This document shows, in pieces, positions 1 through 14,520 of a DNA stretch of 64,000 bases. Under the pieces are notes generated by a model, which saw only the letters and a program-made list of their open reading frames with translations, did not search any database and was not told where the DNA came from. The stretch lies in NCBI GenBank assembly GCA_964057225.1, contig OZ059895.1, positions 18,352,001-18,416,000 on the forward strand, written 5' to 3'. The stretch's first letter is position 1, and each line of letters opens with the position of its first letter. Position numbers and translations under genes: made by a program. The DNA comes from Auanema rhodensis (taxonomy: Eukaryota; Animalia; Nematoda).

Positions 1-175
1 ACACATATCCGTGTCTCAATTTCTTTATTCAAACCTACAGTACTTCGAGACTATAAACGAAAGATTGGAGGTGAAACCAAGTGCTGTCTACGTTGTTTCA
101 AATAGAAAATAATAGAATAATCTCTGTATTATGACGCTTGAGGCATTTTCCAATGTCATTATCTTCTACATTTTC

Positions 176-185
176 AAAACAAAAA
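176..185 (-). terminator. RNA polymerase III oligo-T terminator, repeated in every unit
   Basis: Minus strand reads TCCA-GAAATCC-TTTTT-G-TTTT, with T5 starting 8 nt after A73; invariant in all units inspected. Confidence 0.9.
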
Positions 186-192
186 GGATTTC

Positions 193-264
193 TGGAGATA
201 TGGGGAATTGAACCCCAGCCCTCTCCCATGCTAAGGGAGCGCTCTACCACTGAGCTATATCCCC
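193..264 (-). tRNA. tRNA-Ala(AGC), leftmost of 75 copies (about 57 have this exact sequence)
   Basis: Reverse complement GGGGATATAGCTCAGTGGTAGAGCGCTCCCTTAGCATGGGAGAGGGCTGGGGTTCAATTCCCCATATCTCCA folds as a cloverleaf: acceptor stem with G3:U70, A73 discriminator, anticodon loop TT-AGC-AT, A box TAGCTCAGTGG, B box GGTTCAATTCC. Confidence 0.98.
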
Positions 265-3200
265 ACACATATCCGTGTCTCAATTTCTTTATTCAAACCT
301 ACAGTACTTCGAGACTATAAACGAAAGATTGGAGGTGAAACCAAGTGCTGTCTACGTTGTTTCAATTGAAAATCAATGGGATACTCTCTGTATTATGACT
401 CTTAAAGCATTTCTTAATGTCATTATCTTCTACATTTTCAAAACAAAAAGGATTTCTGGAGATATGGGGAATTGAACCCCAGCCCTCTCCCATGCTAAGG
501 GAGCGTTCTACCACTGAGCTATATCCCCACACATGTCCGTGTTTCAAGTTCTTTATTCAAACCTACAGTACTTCGAGACTATAAACGAAAGATTGGACGT
601 GAAAACAAGTGCTGTCTACGTTGTTTCAAATAGAAATTAATAGAATACTCTCTGTATTATGACGCTTGAAGCATTTTCCAATGTCATTATCTTCTACATT
701 TTCAAAACAAAAAGGATTTCTGGAGATATGGGGAATTGAACCCCAGCCCTCTCCCATGCTAAGGGAGCGCTCTACCACTGAGCTATATCCCCACATATAT
801 CCGTGTCTCAAGTTCTTTATTCAAACCTACAGTACTTCGAGACTATAAACGAAAGATTGGACGTGAAAACAAGTGCTGTCTACGTTGTTTCAAATAGAAA
901 TTAATAGAATACTCTCTGTATTATGACGCTTGAAGCATTTTCCAATGTCATTATCTTCTACATTTTCAAAACAAAAAGGATTTCTGGAGATATGGGGAAT
1001 TGAACCCCAGCCCTCTCCCATGCTAAGGGAGCGCTCTACCACTGAGCTATATCCCCACACATATCCGTATCTCAAGTTCTTTATTCAAACCTACAGTACT
1101 TCGAGACTATAAACGAAAGATTGGACGTGAAACCAAGTACTGTCTACGTTGTTTCAAATAGAAAATAATAGAATAATCTCTGTATTATGACGCTTGAGGC
1201 ATTTTCCAATGTCATTATCTTCTACATTTTCAAAACAAAAAGGATTTCTGGAGATATGGGGAATTGAACCCCAGCCCTCTCCCATGCTAAGGGAGCGCTC
1301 TACCACTGAGCTATATCCCCACACATATCCGTGTTTCAAGTTCTTTATTCAAACCTACAGTACTTCGAGACTATAAACGAAAGATTGGAGGTGAAACCAA
1401 GTGCTGTCTACGTTGTTTCAAATAGAAATTAATAGAATACTCTCAGTATTATGACGCTTGAAGCATTTTCCAATGTCATTATCTTCTACATTTTCAAAAC
1501 AAAAAGGATTTCTGGAGATATGGGGAATTGAACCCCAGCACTCTCCCATGCTAAGGGATCGCTCTACCACTGAGCTATATCCCCACACATATCCGTGTTT
1601 CAAGTTCTTTATTCAAACCTACAGTACTTCGAGACTATAAACGAAAGATTGGAGGTGAAACCAAGTGCTGTCTACGTTGTTTCAAATAGAAATTAATAGA
1701 ATACTCTCAGTATTATGACGCTTGAAGCATTTTCCAATGTCATTATCTTCTACATTTTCAAAACAAAAAGGATTTCTGGAGATATGGGGAATTGAACCCC
1801 AGCCCTCTCCCATGCTAAGGGAGCGCTCTACCACTGAGCTATATCCCCACACATGTCCGTGTTTCAAGTTCTTTATTCAAATCTACAGTACTTCGAGACT
1901 ATAAACGAAAGATTGGAGGTGAAACCAAGTGCTGTCTACGTTGTTTCAAATAGAAATTAATAGAATACTCTCTGTATTATGACGCTTGAAGCATTTTCCA
2001 ATGTCATTATCTTCTACATTTTCAAAACAAAAAGGATTTCTGGAGATATGGGGAATTGAACCCCAGCCCTCTCCCATGCTAAGGGAGCGCTCTACCACTG
2101 AGCTATATCCCCACACATATCCGTGTCTCAATTTCTTTATTCAAACCTACAGTACTTCGAGACTATAAACGAAAGATTGGAGGTGAAACCAAGTGCTGTC
2201 TACGTTATTTCAAAAAGAAATTAATAGAATACTCTCTGTATTATGACGCTTGAAGCATTTTCCAATGTCATTATCTTCTACATTTTCAAAACAAAAAGGA
2301 TTTCTGGAGATATGGGGAATTGAACCCCAGCCCTCTCCCATGCTAAGGGAGCGCTCTACCACTGAGCTATATCCCCACACATATCCGTGTCTCAATTTCT
2401 TTATTCAAACCTACAGTACTTCGAGACTATAAACGAAAGATTGGAGGTGAAACCAAGTGCTGTCTACGTTATTTCAAAAAGAAATTAATAGAATACTCTC
2501 TGTATTATGACGCTTGAAGCATTTTCCAATGTCATTATCTTCTACATTTTCAAAACAAAAAGGATTTCTGGAGATATGGGGAATTGAACCCCAGCCCTCT
2601 CCCATGCTAAGGGAGCGCTCTACCACTGAGCTATATCCCCACACATGTCCGTGTTTCAAGTTCTTTATTCAAACCTACAGTACTTCGAGACTATAAACGA
2701 AAGATTGGAGGTGAAACCAAGTGCTGTCTACGTTATTTCAAAAAGAAATTAATAGAATACTCTCTGTATTATGACGCTTGAAGCATTTTCCAATGTCATT
2801 ATCTTCTACATTTTCAAAACAAAAAGGATTTCTGGAGATATGGGGAATTGAACCCCAGCCCTCTCCCATGCTAAGGGAGCGCTCTACCACTGAGCTATAT
2901 CCCCACACATATCCGTGTCTCAATTTCTTTATTCAAACCTACAGTACTTCGAGACTATAAACGAAAGATTGGAGGTGAAACCAAGTGCTGTCTACGTTGT
3001 TTCAAATAGAAAATAATAGAATAATCTCTGTATTATGACGCTTGAGGCATTTTCCAATGTCATTATCTTCTACATTTTCAAAACAAAAAGGATTTCTGGA
3101 GATATGGGGAATTGAACCCCAGCCCTCTCCCATGCTAAGGGAGCGCTCTACCACTGAGCTATATCCCCACACATATCCGTGTCTCAATTTCTTTATTCAA

Positions 3201-6200
3201 ACCTACAGTACTTCGAGACTATAAACGAAAGATTGGAGGTGAAACCAAGTGCTGTCTACGTTGTTTCAATTGAAAATCAATGGGATACTCTCTGTATTAT
3301 GACTCTTAAAGCATTTCTTAATGTCATTATCTTCTACATTTTCAAAACAAAAAGGATTTCTGGAGATATGGGGAATTGAACCCCAGCCCTCTCCCATGCT
3401 AAGGGAGCGTTCTACCACTGAGCTATATCCCCACACATGTCCGTGTTTCAAGTTCTTTATTCAAACCTACAGTACTTCGAGACTATAAACGAAAGATTGG
3501 ACGTGAAAACAAGTGCTGTCTACGTTGTTTCAAATAGAAATTAATAGAATACTCTCTGTATTATGACGCTTGAAGCATTTTCCAATGTCATTATCTTCTA
3601 CATTTTCAAAACAAAAAGGATTTCTGGAGATATGGGGAATTGAACCCCAGCCCTCTCCCATGCTAAGGGAGCGCTCTACCACTGAGCTATATCCCCACAT
3701 ATATCCGTGTCTCAAGTTCTTTATTCAAACCTACAGTACTTCGAGACTATAAACGAAAGATTGGACGTGAAAACAAGTGCTGTCTACGTTGTTTCAAATA
3801 GAAATTAATAGAATACTCTCTGTATTATGACGCTTGAAGCATTTTCCAATGTCATTATCTTCTACATTTTCAAAACAAAAAGGATTTCTGGAGATATGGG
3901 GAATTGAACCCCAGCCCTCTCCCATGCTAAGGGAGCGCTCTACCACTGAGCTATATCCCCACACATATCCGTGTCTCAAGTTCTTTATTCAAACCTACAG
4001 TACTTCGAGACTATAAACGAAAGATTGGACGTGAAACCAAGTACTGTCTACGTTGTTTCAAATAGAAAATAATAGAATAATCTCTGTATTATGACGCTTG
4101 AGGCATTTTCCAATGTCATTATCTTCTACATTTTCAAAACAAAAAGGATTTCTGGAGATATGGGGAATTGAACCCCAGCCCTCTCCCATGCTAAGGGAGC
4201 GCTCTACCACTGAGCTATATCCCCACACATATCCGTGTTTCAAGTTCTTTATTCAAACCTACAGTACTTCGAGACTATAAACGAAAGATTGGAGGTGAAA
4301 CCAAGTGCTGTCTACGTTGTTTCAAATAGAAATTAATAGAATACTCTCAGTATTATGACGCTTGAAGCATTTTCCAATGTCATTATCTTCTACATTTTCA
4401 AAACAAAAAGGATTTCTGGAGATATGGGGAATTGAACCCCAGCACTCTCCCATGCTAAGGGATCGCTCTACCACTGAGCTATATCCCCACACATATCCGT
4501 GTTTCAAGTTCTTTATTCAAACCTACAGTACTTCGAGACTATAAACGAAAGATTGGAGGTGAAACCAAGTGCTGTCTACGTTGTTTCAAATAGAAATTAA
4601 TAGAATACTCTCAGTATTATGACGCTTGAAGCATTTTCCAATGTCATTATCTTCTACATTTTCAAAACAAAAAGGATTTCTGGAGATATGGGGAATTGAA
4701 CCCCAGCCCTCTCCCATGCTAAGGGAGCGTTCTACCACTGAGCTATATCCCCACACATGTCCGTGTTTCAAGTTCTTTATTCAAACCTACAGTACTTCGA
4801 GACTATAAACGAAAGATTGGACGTGAAAACAAGTGCTGTCTACGTTGTTTCAAATAGAAATTAATAGAATACTCTCTGTATTATGACGCTTGAAGCATTT
4901 TCCAATGTCATTATCTTCTACATTTTCAAAACAAAAAGGATTTCTGGAGATATGGGGAATTGAACCCCAGCCCTCTCCCATGCTAAGGGAGCGCTCTACC
5001 ACTGAGCTATATCCCCACATATATCCGTGTCTCAAGTTCTTTATTCAAACCTACAGTACTTCGAGACTATAAACGAAAGATTGGACGTGAAAACAAGTGC
5101 TGTCTACGTTGTTTCAAATAGAAATTAATAGAATACTCTCTGTATTATGACGCTTGAAGCATTTTCCAATGTCATTATCTTCTACATTTTCAAAACAAAA
5201 AGGATTTCTGGAGATATGGGGAATTGAACCCCAGCCCTCTCCCATGCTAAGGGAGCGCTCTACCACTGAGCTATATCCCCACACATATCCGTGTCTCAAG
5301 TTCTTTATTCAAACCTACAGTACTTCGAGACTATAAACGAAAGATTGGACGTGAAACCAAGTACTGTCTACGTTGTTTCAAATAGAAAATAATAGAATAA
5401 TCTCTGTATTATGACGCTTGAGGCATTTTCCAATGTCATTATCTTCTACATTTTCAAAACAAAAAGGATTTCTGGAGATATGGGGAATTGAACCCCAGCC
5501 CTCTCCCATGCTAAGGGAGCGCTCTACCACTGAGCTATATCCCCACACATATCCGTGTTTCAAGTTCTTTATTCAAACCTACAGTACTTCGAGACTATAA
5601 ACGAAAGATTGGAGGTGAAACCAAGTGCTGTCTACGTTGTTTCAAATAGAAATTAATAGAATACTCTCAGTATTATGACGCTTGAAGCATTTTCCAATGT
5701 CATTATCTTCTACATTTTCAAAACAAAAAGGATTTCTGGAGATATGGGGAATTGAACCCCAGCACTCTCCCATGCTAAGGGATCGCTCTACCACTGAGCT
5801 ATATCCCCACACATATCCGTGTTTCAAGTTCTTTATTCAAACCTACAGTACTTCGAGACTATAAACGAAAGATTGGAGGTGAAACCAAGTGCTGTCTACG
5901 TTGTTTCAAATAGAAATTAATAGAATACTCTCAGTATTATGACGCTTGAAGCATTTTCCAATGTCATTATCTTCTACATTTTCAAAACAAAAAGGATTTC
6001 TGGAGATATGGGGAATTGAACCCCAGCCCTCTCCCATGCTAAGGGAGCGCTCTACCACTGAGCTATATCCCCACACATATCCGTGTCTCAATTTCTTTAT
6101 TCAAACCTACAGTACTTCGAGACTATAAACGAAAGATTGGAGGTGAAACCAAGTGCTGTCTACGTTATTTCAAAAAGAAATTAATAGAATACTCTCTGTA

Positions 6201-9200
6201 TTATGACGCTTGAAGCATTTTCCAATGTCATTATCTTCTACATTTTCAAAACAAAAAGGATTTCTGGAGATATGGGGAATTGAACCCCAGCCCTCTCCCA
6301 TGCTAAGGGAGCGCTCTACCACTGAGCTATATCCCCACACATATCCGTGTCTCAATTTCTTTATTCAAACCTACAGTACTTCGAGACTATAAACGAAAGA
6401 TTGGAGGTGAAACCAAGTGCTGTCTACGTTGTTTCAAATAGAAAATAATAGAATAATCTCTGTATTATGACGCTTGAGGCATTTTCCAATGTCATTATCT
6501 TCTACATTTTCAAAACAAAAAGGATTTCTGGAGATATGGGGAATTGAACCCCAGCCCTCTCCCATGCTAAGGGAGCGCTCTACCACTGAGCTATATCCCC
6601 ACACATATCCGTGTCTCAATTTCTTTATTCAAACCTACAGTACTTCGAGACTATAAACGAAAGATTGGAGGTGAAACCAAGTGCTGTCTACGTTGTTTCA
6701 ATTGAAAATCAATGGGATACTCTCTGTATTATGACTCTTAAAGCATTTCTTAATGTCATTATCTTCTACATTTTCAAAACAAAAAGGATTTCTGGAGATA
6801 TGGGGAATTGAACCCCAGCCCTCTCCCATGCTAAGGGAGCGTTCTACCACTGAGCTATATCCCCACACATGTCCGTGTTTCAAGTTCTTTATTCAAACCT
6901 ACAGTACTTCGAGACTATAAACGAAAGATTGGACGTGAAAACAAGTGCTGTCTACGTTGTTTCAAATAGAAATTAATAGAATACTCTCTGTATTATGACG
7001 CTTGAAGCATTTTCCAATGTCATTATCTTCTACATTTTCAAAACAAAAAGGATTTCTGGAGATATGGGGAATTGAACCCCAGCCCTCTCCCATGCTAAGG
7101 GAGCGCTCTACCACTGAGCTATATCCCCACATATATCCGTGTCTCAAGTTCTTTATTCAAACCTACAGTACTTCGAGACTATAAACGAAAGATTGGACGT
7201 GAAAACAAGTGCTGTCTACGTTGTTTCAAATAGAAATTAATAGAATACTCTCTGTATTATGACGCTTGAAGCATTTTCCAATGTCATTATCTTCTACATT
7301 TTCAAAACAAAAAGGATTTCTGGAGATATGGGGAATTGAACCCCAGCCCTCTCCCATGCTAAGGGAGCGCTCTACCACTGAGCTATATCCCCACACATAT
7401 CCGTGTCTCAAGTTCTTTATTCAAACCTACAGTACTTCGAGACTATAAACGAAAGATTGGACGTGAAACCAAGTACTGTCTACGTTGTTTCAAATAGAAA
7501 ATAATAGAATAATCTCTGTATTATGACGCTTGAGGCATTTTCCAATGTCATTATCTTCTACATTTTCAAAACAAAAAGGATTTCTGGAGATATGGGGAAT
7601 TGAACCCCAGCCCTCTCCCATGCTAAGGGAGCGCTCTACCACTGAGCTATATCCCCACACATATCCGTGTTTCAAGTTCTTTATTCAAACCTACAGTACT
7701 TCGAGACTATAAACGAAAGATTGGAGGTGAAACCAAGTGCTGTCTACGTTGTTTCAAATAGAAATTAATAGAATACTCTCAGTATTATGACGCTTGAAGC
7801 ATTTTCCAATGTCATTATCTTCTACATTTTCAAAACAAAAAGGATTTCTGGAGATATGGGGAATTGAACCCCAGCACTCTCCCATGCTAAGGGATCGCTC
7901 TACCACTGAGCTATATCCCCACACATATCCGTGTTTCAAGTTCTTTATTCAAACCTACAGTACTTCGAGACTATAAACGAAAGATTGGAGGTGAAACCAA
8001 GTGCTGTCTACGTTGTTTCAAATAGAAATTAATAGAATACTCTCAGTATTATGACGCTTGAAGCATTTTCCAATGTCATTATCTTCTACATTTTCAAAAC
8101 AAAAAGGATTTCTGGAGATATGGGGAATTGAACCCTAGCCCTCTCCCATGCTAAGGGAGCGCTCTACCACTGAGCTATATCCCCACACATGTCCGTGTTT
8201 CAAGTTCTTTATTCAAACCTACAGTACTTCGAGACTATAAACGAAAGATTGGAGGTGAAACCAAGTGCTGTCTACGTTATTTCAGATAGAAATTAATAGA
8301 ATACTCTCAGTATTATGACGCTTGAGGCATTTCCCATTGTCATTATCTTCTACATTTTCAAAACAAAAAGGATTTCTGGAGATATGGGGAATTGAACCCC
8401 AGCCCTCTCCCATGCTAAGGGAGCGCTCTACCACTGAGCTATATCCCCACACATATCCGTGTCTCAATTTCTTTATTCAAACCTACAGTACTTCGAGACT
8501 ATAAATGAGATATTGGAGGTGAAAACAAGTGCTGTCTACGTTGTTTCAAATAGAAAATAATAGAATAATCTCTGTATTATGACGCTTGAGGCATTTTCCA
8601 ATGTCATTATCTTCTACATTTTCAAAACAAAAAGGATTTCTGGAGATATGGGGAATTGAACCCCAGCCCTCTCCCATGCTAAGGGAGCGCTCTACCACTG
8701 AGCTATATCCCCACAGATATCCGTGTCTCAATTTCTTTATTCAAACCTACAGTACTTCGAGACTATAAATGAAATATTGGAGGTGAAAACAAGTGCTGTC
8801 TACGTTGTTTCAAATAGAAAATAATAGAATAATCTCTGTATTATGACGCTTGAGGCATTTTCCAATGTCATTATCTTCTACATTTTCAAAACAAAAAGGA
8901 TTTCTGGAGATATGGGGAATTGAACCCCAGCCCTCTCCCATGCTAAGGGAGCGCTCTACCACTGAGCTATATCCCCACACTTATCCGTGTCTCAATTTCT
9001 TTATTCAAACCTACAGTACTTCGAGACTATAAATGAAATATTGGAGGTGAAAACAAGTGCTGTCTACGTTGTTTCAAATAGAAAATAATAGAATACTCTC
9101 AGTATTATGACGCTTGAGGCATTTCCCATTGTCATTATCTTCTACATTTTCAAAACAAAAAGGATTTCTGGAGATATGGGGAATTGAACCCCAGCCCTCT

Positions 9201-12200
9201 CCCATGCTAAGGGAGCGCTCTACCACTGAGCTATATCCCCACAGATATCCGTGTCTCAATTTCTTTATTCAAACCTACAGTACTTCGAGACTATAAACGA
9301 AAGATTGGAGGTGAAACCAAGTGCTGTCTACGTTATTTCGGATAGAAATTAATAGAATACTCTCAGTATTATGACGCTTGAGGCATTTCCCATTGTCATT
9401 ATCTTCTACATTTTCAAAACAAAAAGGATTTCTGGAGATATGGGGAATTGAACCCCAGCCCTCTCCCATGCTAAGGGAGCGCTCTACCACTGAGCTATAT
9501 CCCCACACTTATCCGTGTCTCAATTTCTTTATTCAAACCTACAGTACTTCGAGACTATAAATGAAATATTGGAGGTGAAAACAAGTGCTGTCTACGTTGT
9601 TTCAAATAGAAAATAATAGAATACTCTCAGTATTATGACGCTTGAGGCATTTCCCATTGTCATTATCTTCTACATTTTCAAAACAAAAAGGATTTCTGGA
9701 GATATGGGGAATTGAACCCCAGCACTCTCCCATGCTAAGGGATCGCTCTACCACTGAGCTATATCCCCACACATATCCGTGTCTCAATTTCTTTATTCAA
9801 ACCTACAGTACTTCGAGACTATAAACGAAAGATTGAAGGTGAAACCAAGTGCTGTCTACGTTATTTCAGATAGAAATTAATAGAATACTCTCAGTATTAT
9901 GACGCTTGAGGCATTTCCCATTGTCATTATCTTCTACATTTTCAAAACAAAAAGGATTTCTGGAGATATGGGGAATTGAACCCCAGCCCTCTCCCATGCT
10001 AAGGGAGCGCTCTACCACTGAGCTATATCCCCACACATATCCGTGTCTCAATTTCTTTATTCAAACCTACAGTACTTCGAGCCTATAAATGAAATATTGG
10101 AGGTGAAAACAAGTGCTGTCTACGTTGTTTCAAATAGAAAATAATAGAATACTCTCTGTATTATGACGCTTGAGGCATTTTCCAATGTCATTATCTTCTA
10201 CATTTTCAAAACAAAAAGGATTTCTGGAGATATGGGGAATTGAACCCCAGCCCTCTCCCATGCTAAGGGAGCGCTCTACCACTGAGCTATATCCCCACAC
10301 ATATCCGTGTCTCAATTTCTTTATTCAAACCTACAGTACTTCGAGCCTATAAATGAAATATTGGAGGTGAAACCAAGTGCTGTCTACGTTATTTCAGATA
10401 GAAAATAATAGAATACTCTCTGTATTATGACGCTTGAGGCATTTTCCAATGTCATTATCTTCTACATTTTCAAAACAAAAAGGATTTCTGGAGATATGGG
10501 GAATTGAACCCCAGCCCTCTCCCATGCTAAGGGAGCGCTCTACCACTGAGCTATATCCCCACACATATCCGTGTCTCAATTTCTTTATTCAAACCTACAG
10601 TACTTCGAGACTATAAATGAAATATTGGAGGTGAAACCAAGTGCTGTCTACGTTATTTCGGATAGAAATTAATAGAATACTCTCAGTATTATGACGCTTG
10701 AGGCATTTTCCAATGTCATTATCTTCTACATTTTCAAAACAAAAAGGATTTCTGGAGATATGGGGAATTGAACCCCAGCCCTCTCCCATGCTAAGGGAGC
10801 GCTCTACCACTGAGCTATATCCCCACAGATATCCGTGTCTCAATTTCTTTATTCAAACCTACAGTACTTCGAGACTATAAATGAAATATTGGAGGTGAAA
10901 ACAAGTGCTGTCTACGTTATTTCGGATAGAAAATAATAGAATAATCTCTGTATTATGACGCTTGAGGCATTTTCCAATGTCATTATCTTCTACATTTTCA
11001 AAACAAAAAGGATTTCTGGAGATATGGGGAATTGAACCCCAGCCCTCTCCCATGCTAAGGGAGCGCTCTACCACTGAGCTATATCCCCACACATATCCGT
11101 GTCTCAATTTCTTTATTCAAACCTACAGTACTTCGAGACTATAAATGAAATATTGGAGGTGAAAACAAGTGCTGTCTACGTTGTTTCAAATAGAAAATAA
11201 TAGAATAATCTCTGTATTATGACGCTTGAGGCATTTTCCAATGTCATTATCTTCTACATTTTCAAAACAAAAAGGATTTCTGGAGATATGGGGAATTGAA
11301 CCCCAGCCCTCTCCCATGCTAAGGGAGCGCTCTACCACTGAGCTATATCCCCACACATATCCGTGTCTCAATTTCTTTATTCAAACCTACAGTACTTCGA
11401 GACTATAAATGAAATATTGGAGGTGAAAACAAGTGCTGTCTACGTTGTTTCAAATAGAAAATAATAGAATAATCTCTGTATTATGACGCTTGAAGCATTT
11501 TCCAATGTCATTATCTTCTACATTTTCAAAACAAAAAGGATTTCTGGAGATATGGGGAATTGAACCCCAGCCCTCTCCCATGCTAAGGGAGCGCTCTACC
11601 ACTGAGCTATATCCCCACACATATCCGTGTCTCAATTTCTTTATTCAAACCTACAGTACTTCGAGACTATAAATGAAATATTGGAGGTGAAAACAAGTGC
11701 TGTCTACGTTGTTTCAGATAGAAATTAATAGAATACTCTCAGTATTATGACGCTTGAGGCATTTTCCAATGTCATTATCTTCTACATTTTCAAAACAAAA
11801 AGGATTTCTGGAGATATGGGGAATTGAACCCCAGCCCTCTCCCATGCTAAGGGAGCGCTCTACCACTGAGCTATATCCCCACACATATCCGTGTCTCAAT
11901 TTCTTTATTCAAACCTACAGTACTTCGAGCCTATAAATGAAATATTGGAGGTGAAACCAAGTGCTGTCTACGTTGTTTCAAATAGAAAATAATAGAATAC
12001 TCTCTGTATTATGACGCTTGAGGCATTTTCCAATGTCATTATCTTCTACATTTTCAAAACAAAAAGGATTTCTGGAGATATGGGGAATTGAACCCCAGCC
12101 CTCTCCCATGCTAAGGGAGCGCTCTACCACTGAGCTATATCCCCACACATATCCGTGTCTCAATTTCTTTATTCAAACCTACAGTACTTCGAGACTATAA

Positions 12201-13656
12201 ATGAAATATTGGAGGTGAAAACAAGTGCTGTCTACGTTGTTTCAAATAGAAAATAATAGAATAATCTCTGTATTATGACGCTTGAGGCATTTTCCAATGT
12301 CATTATCTTCTACATTTTCAAAACAAAAAGGATTTCTGGAGATATGGGGAATTGAACCCCAGCCCTCTCCCATGCTAAGGGAGCGCTCTACCACTGAGCT
12401 ATATCCCCACACATATCCGTGTCTCAATTTCTTTATTCAAACCTACAGTACTTCGAGACTATAAATGAAATATTGGAGGTGAAAACAAGTGCTGTCTACG
12501 TTGTTTCAAATAGAAAATAATAGAATATTCTCTGTATTATGACGCTTGAAGCATTTTCCAATGTCATTATCTTCTACATTTTCAAAACAAAAAGGATTTC
12601 TGGAGATATGGGGAATTGAACCCCAGCCCTCTCCCATGCTAAGGGAGCGCTCTACCACTGAGCTATATCCCCACACATATCCGTGTCTCAATTTCTTTAT
12701 TCAAACCTACAGTACTTCGAGACTATAAATGAAATATTGGAGGTGAAAACAAGTGCTGTCTACGTTGTTTCAAATAGAAAATAATAGAATAATCTCTGTA
12801 TTATGACGCTTGAGGCATTTTCCAATGTCATTATCTTCTACATTTTCAAAACAAAAAGGATTTCTGGAGATATGGGGAATTGAACCCCAGCCCTCTCCCA
12901 TGCTAAGGGAGCGCTCTACCACTGAGCTATATCCCCACACATATACGTGTCTCAATTTCTTTATTCAAACCTACAGTACTTCGAGCCTATAAATGAAATA
13001 TTGGAGGTGAAACCAAGTGCTGTCTACGTTGTTTCAAATAGAAAATAATAGAATACTCTCTGTATTATGACGCTTGAGGCATTTTCCAATGTCATTATCT
13101 TCTACATTTTCAAAACAAAAAGGATTTCTGGAGATATGGGGAATTGAACCCCAGCCCTCTCCCATGCTAAGGGAGCGCTCTACCACTGAGCTATATCCCC
13201 ACACATATCCGTGTCTCAATTTCTTTATTCAAACCTACAGTACTTCGAGACTATAAATGAAATATTGGAGGTGAAAACAAGTGCTGTCTACGTTGTTTCA
13301 AATAGAAAATAATAGAATAATCTCTGTATTATGACGCTTGAGGCATTTTCCAATGTCATTATCTTCTACATTTTCAAAACAAAAAGGATTTCTGGAGATA
13401 TGGGGAATTGAACCCCAGCCCTCTCCCATGCTAAGGGAGCGCTCTACCACTGAGCTATATCCCCACACATATCCGTGTCTCAATTTCTTTATTCAAACCT
13501 ACAGTACTTCGAGCCTATAAATAAAATATTGGAGGTGAAACCAAGTGCTGTCTACGTTGTTTCAAATAGAAAATAATAGAATACTCTCTGTATTATGACG
13601 CTTGAGGCATTTCCCATTGTCATTATCTTCTACATTTTCAAAACAAAAAGGATTTC

Positions 13657-14520
13657 TGGAGATATGGGGAATTTAACCCCAGCCCTCTCCCATGCTAAGG
13701 GAGCGCTCTACCACTGAGCTATATCCCCACACATATCCGTGTCTCAATTTCTTTATTCAAACCTACAGTACTTCGAGCCTATAAATGAAATATTGGAGGT
13801 GAAAACAAGTGCTGTCTACGTTGTTTCAAATAGAAAATAATAGAATAATCTCTGTATTATGACGCTTGAGGCATTTTCCAATGTCATTATCTTCTACATT
13901 TTCAAAACAAAAAGGATTTCTGGAGATATGGGGAATTGAACACCAGCCCTCTCCCATGCTAAGGGAGCGCTCTACCACTGAGCTATATCCCCACACATGT
14001 CCGTGTCTCAATTTCTTTATTCAAACCTACAGTACTTCGAGACTATAAATGAAATATTGGAGGTGAAAACAAGTGCTGTCTACGTTGTTTCAAATAGAAA
14101 ATAATAGAATAATCTCTGTATTATGACGCTTGAGGCATTTTCCAATGTCATTATCTTCTACATTTTCAAAACAAAAAGGATTTCTGGAGATATGGGGAAT
14201 TGAACCCCAGCCCTCTCCCATGCTAAGGGAGCGCTCTACCACTGAGCTATATCACCACACATATCCGTGTCTCAATTTCTTTATTCAAACCTACAGTACT
14301 TCGAGACTATAAATGAAATATTGGAGGTGAAAACAAGTGCTGTCTACGTTGTTTCAAATAGAAAATAATAGAATAATCTCTGTATTATGACGCTTGAGGC
14401 ATTTTCCAATGTCATTATCTTCTACATTTTCAAAACAAAAAGGATTTCTGGAGATATGGGGAATTGAACACCAGCCCTCTCCCATGCTAAGGGAGCGCTC
14501 TACCACTGAGCTATATCCCC
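13657..14520 (-). pseudogene. Four consecutive mutant tRNA-Ala copies: C56A, G52U, G3U, G52U
   Basis: Plus-strand variants atttaacccc (13657-13728), gaacaccagc (13921-13992 and 14449-14520), atatcacc (14185-14256). They hit the invariant B-box C56, a T-stem pair and the G3:U70 identity pair. Confidence 0.7.
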
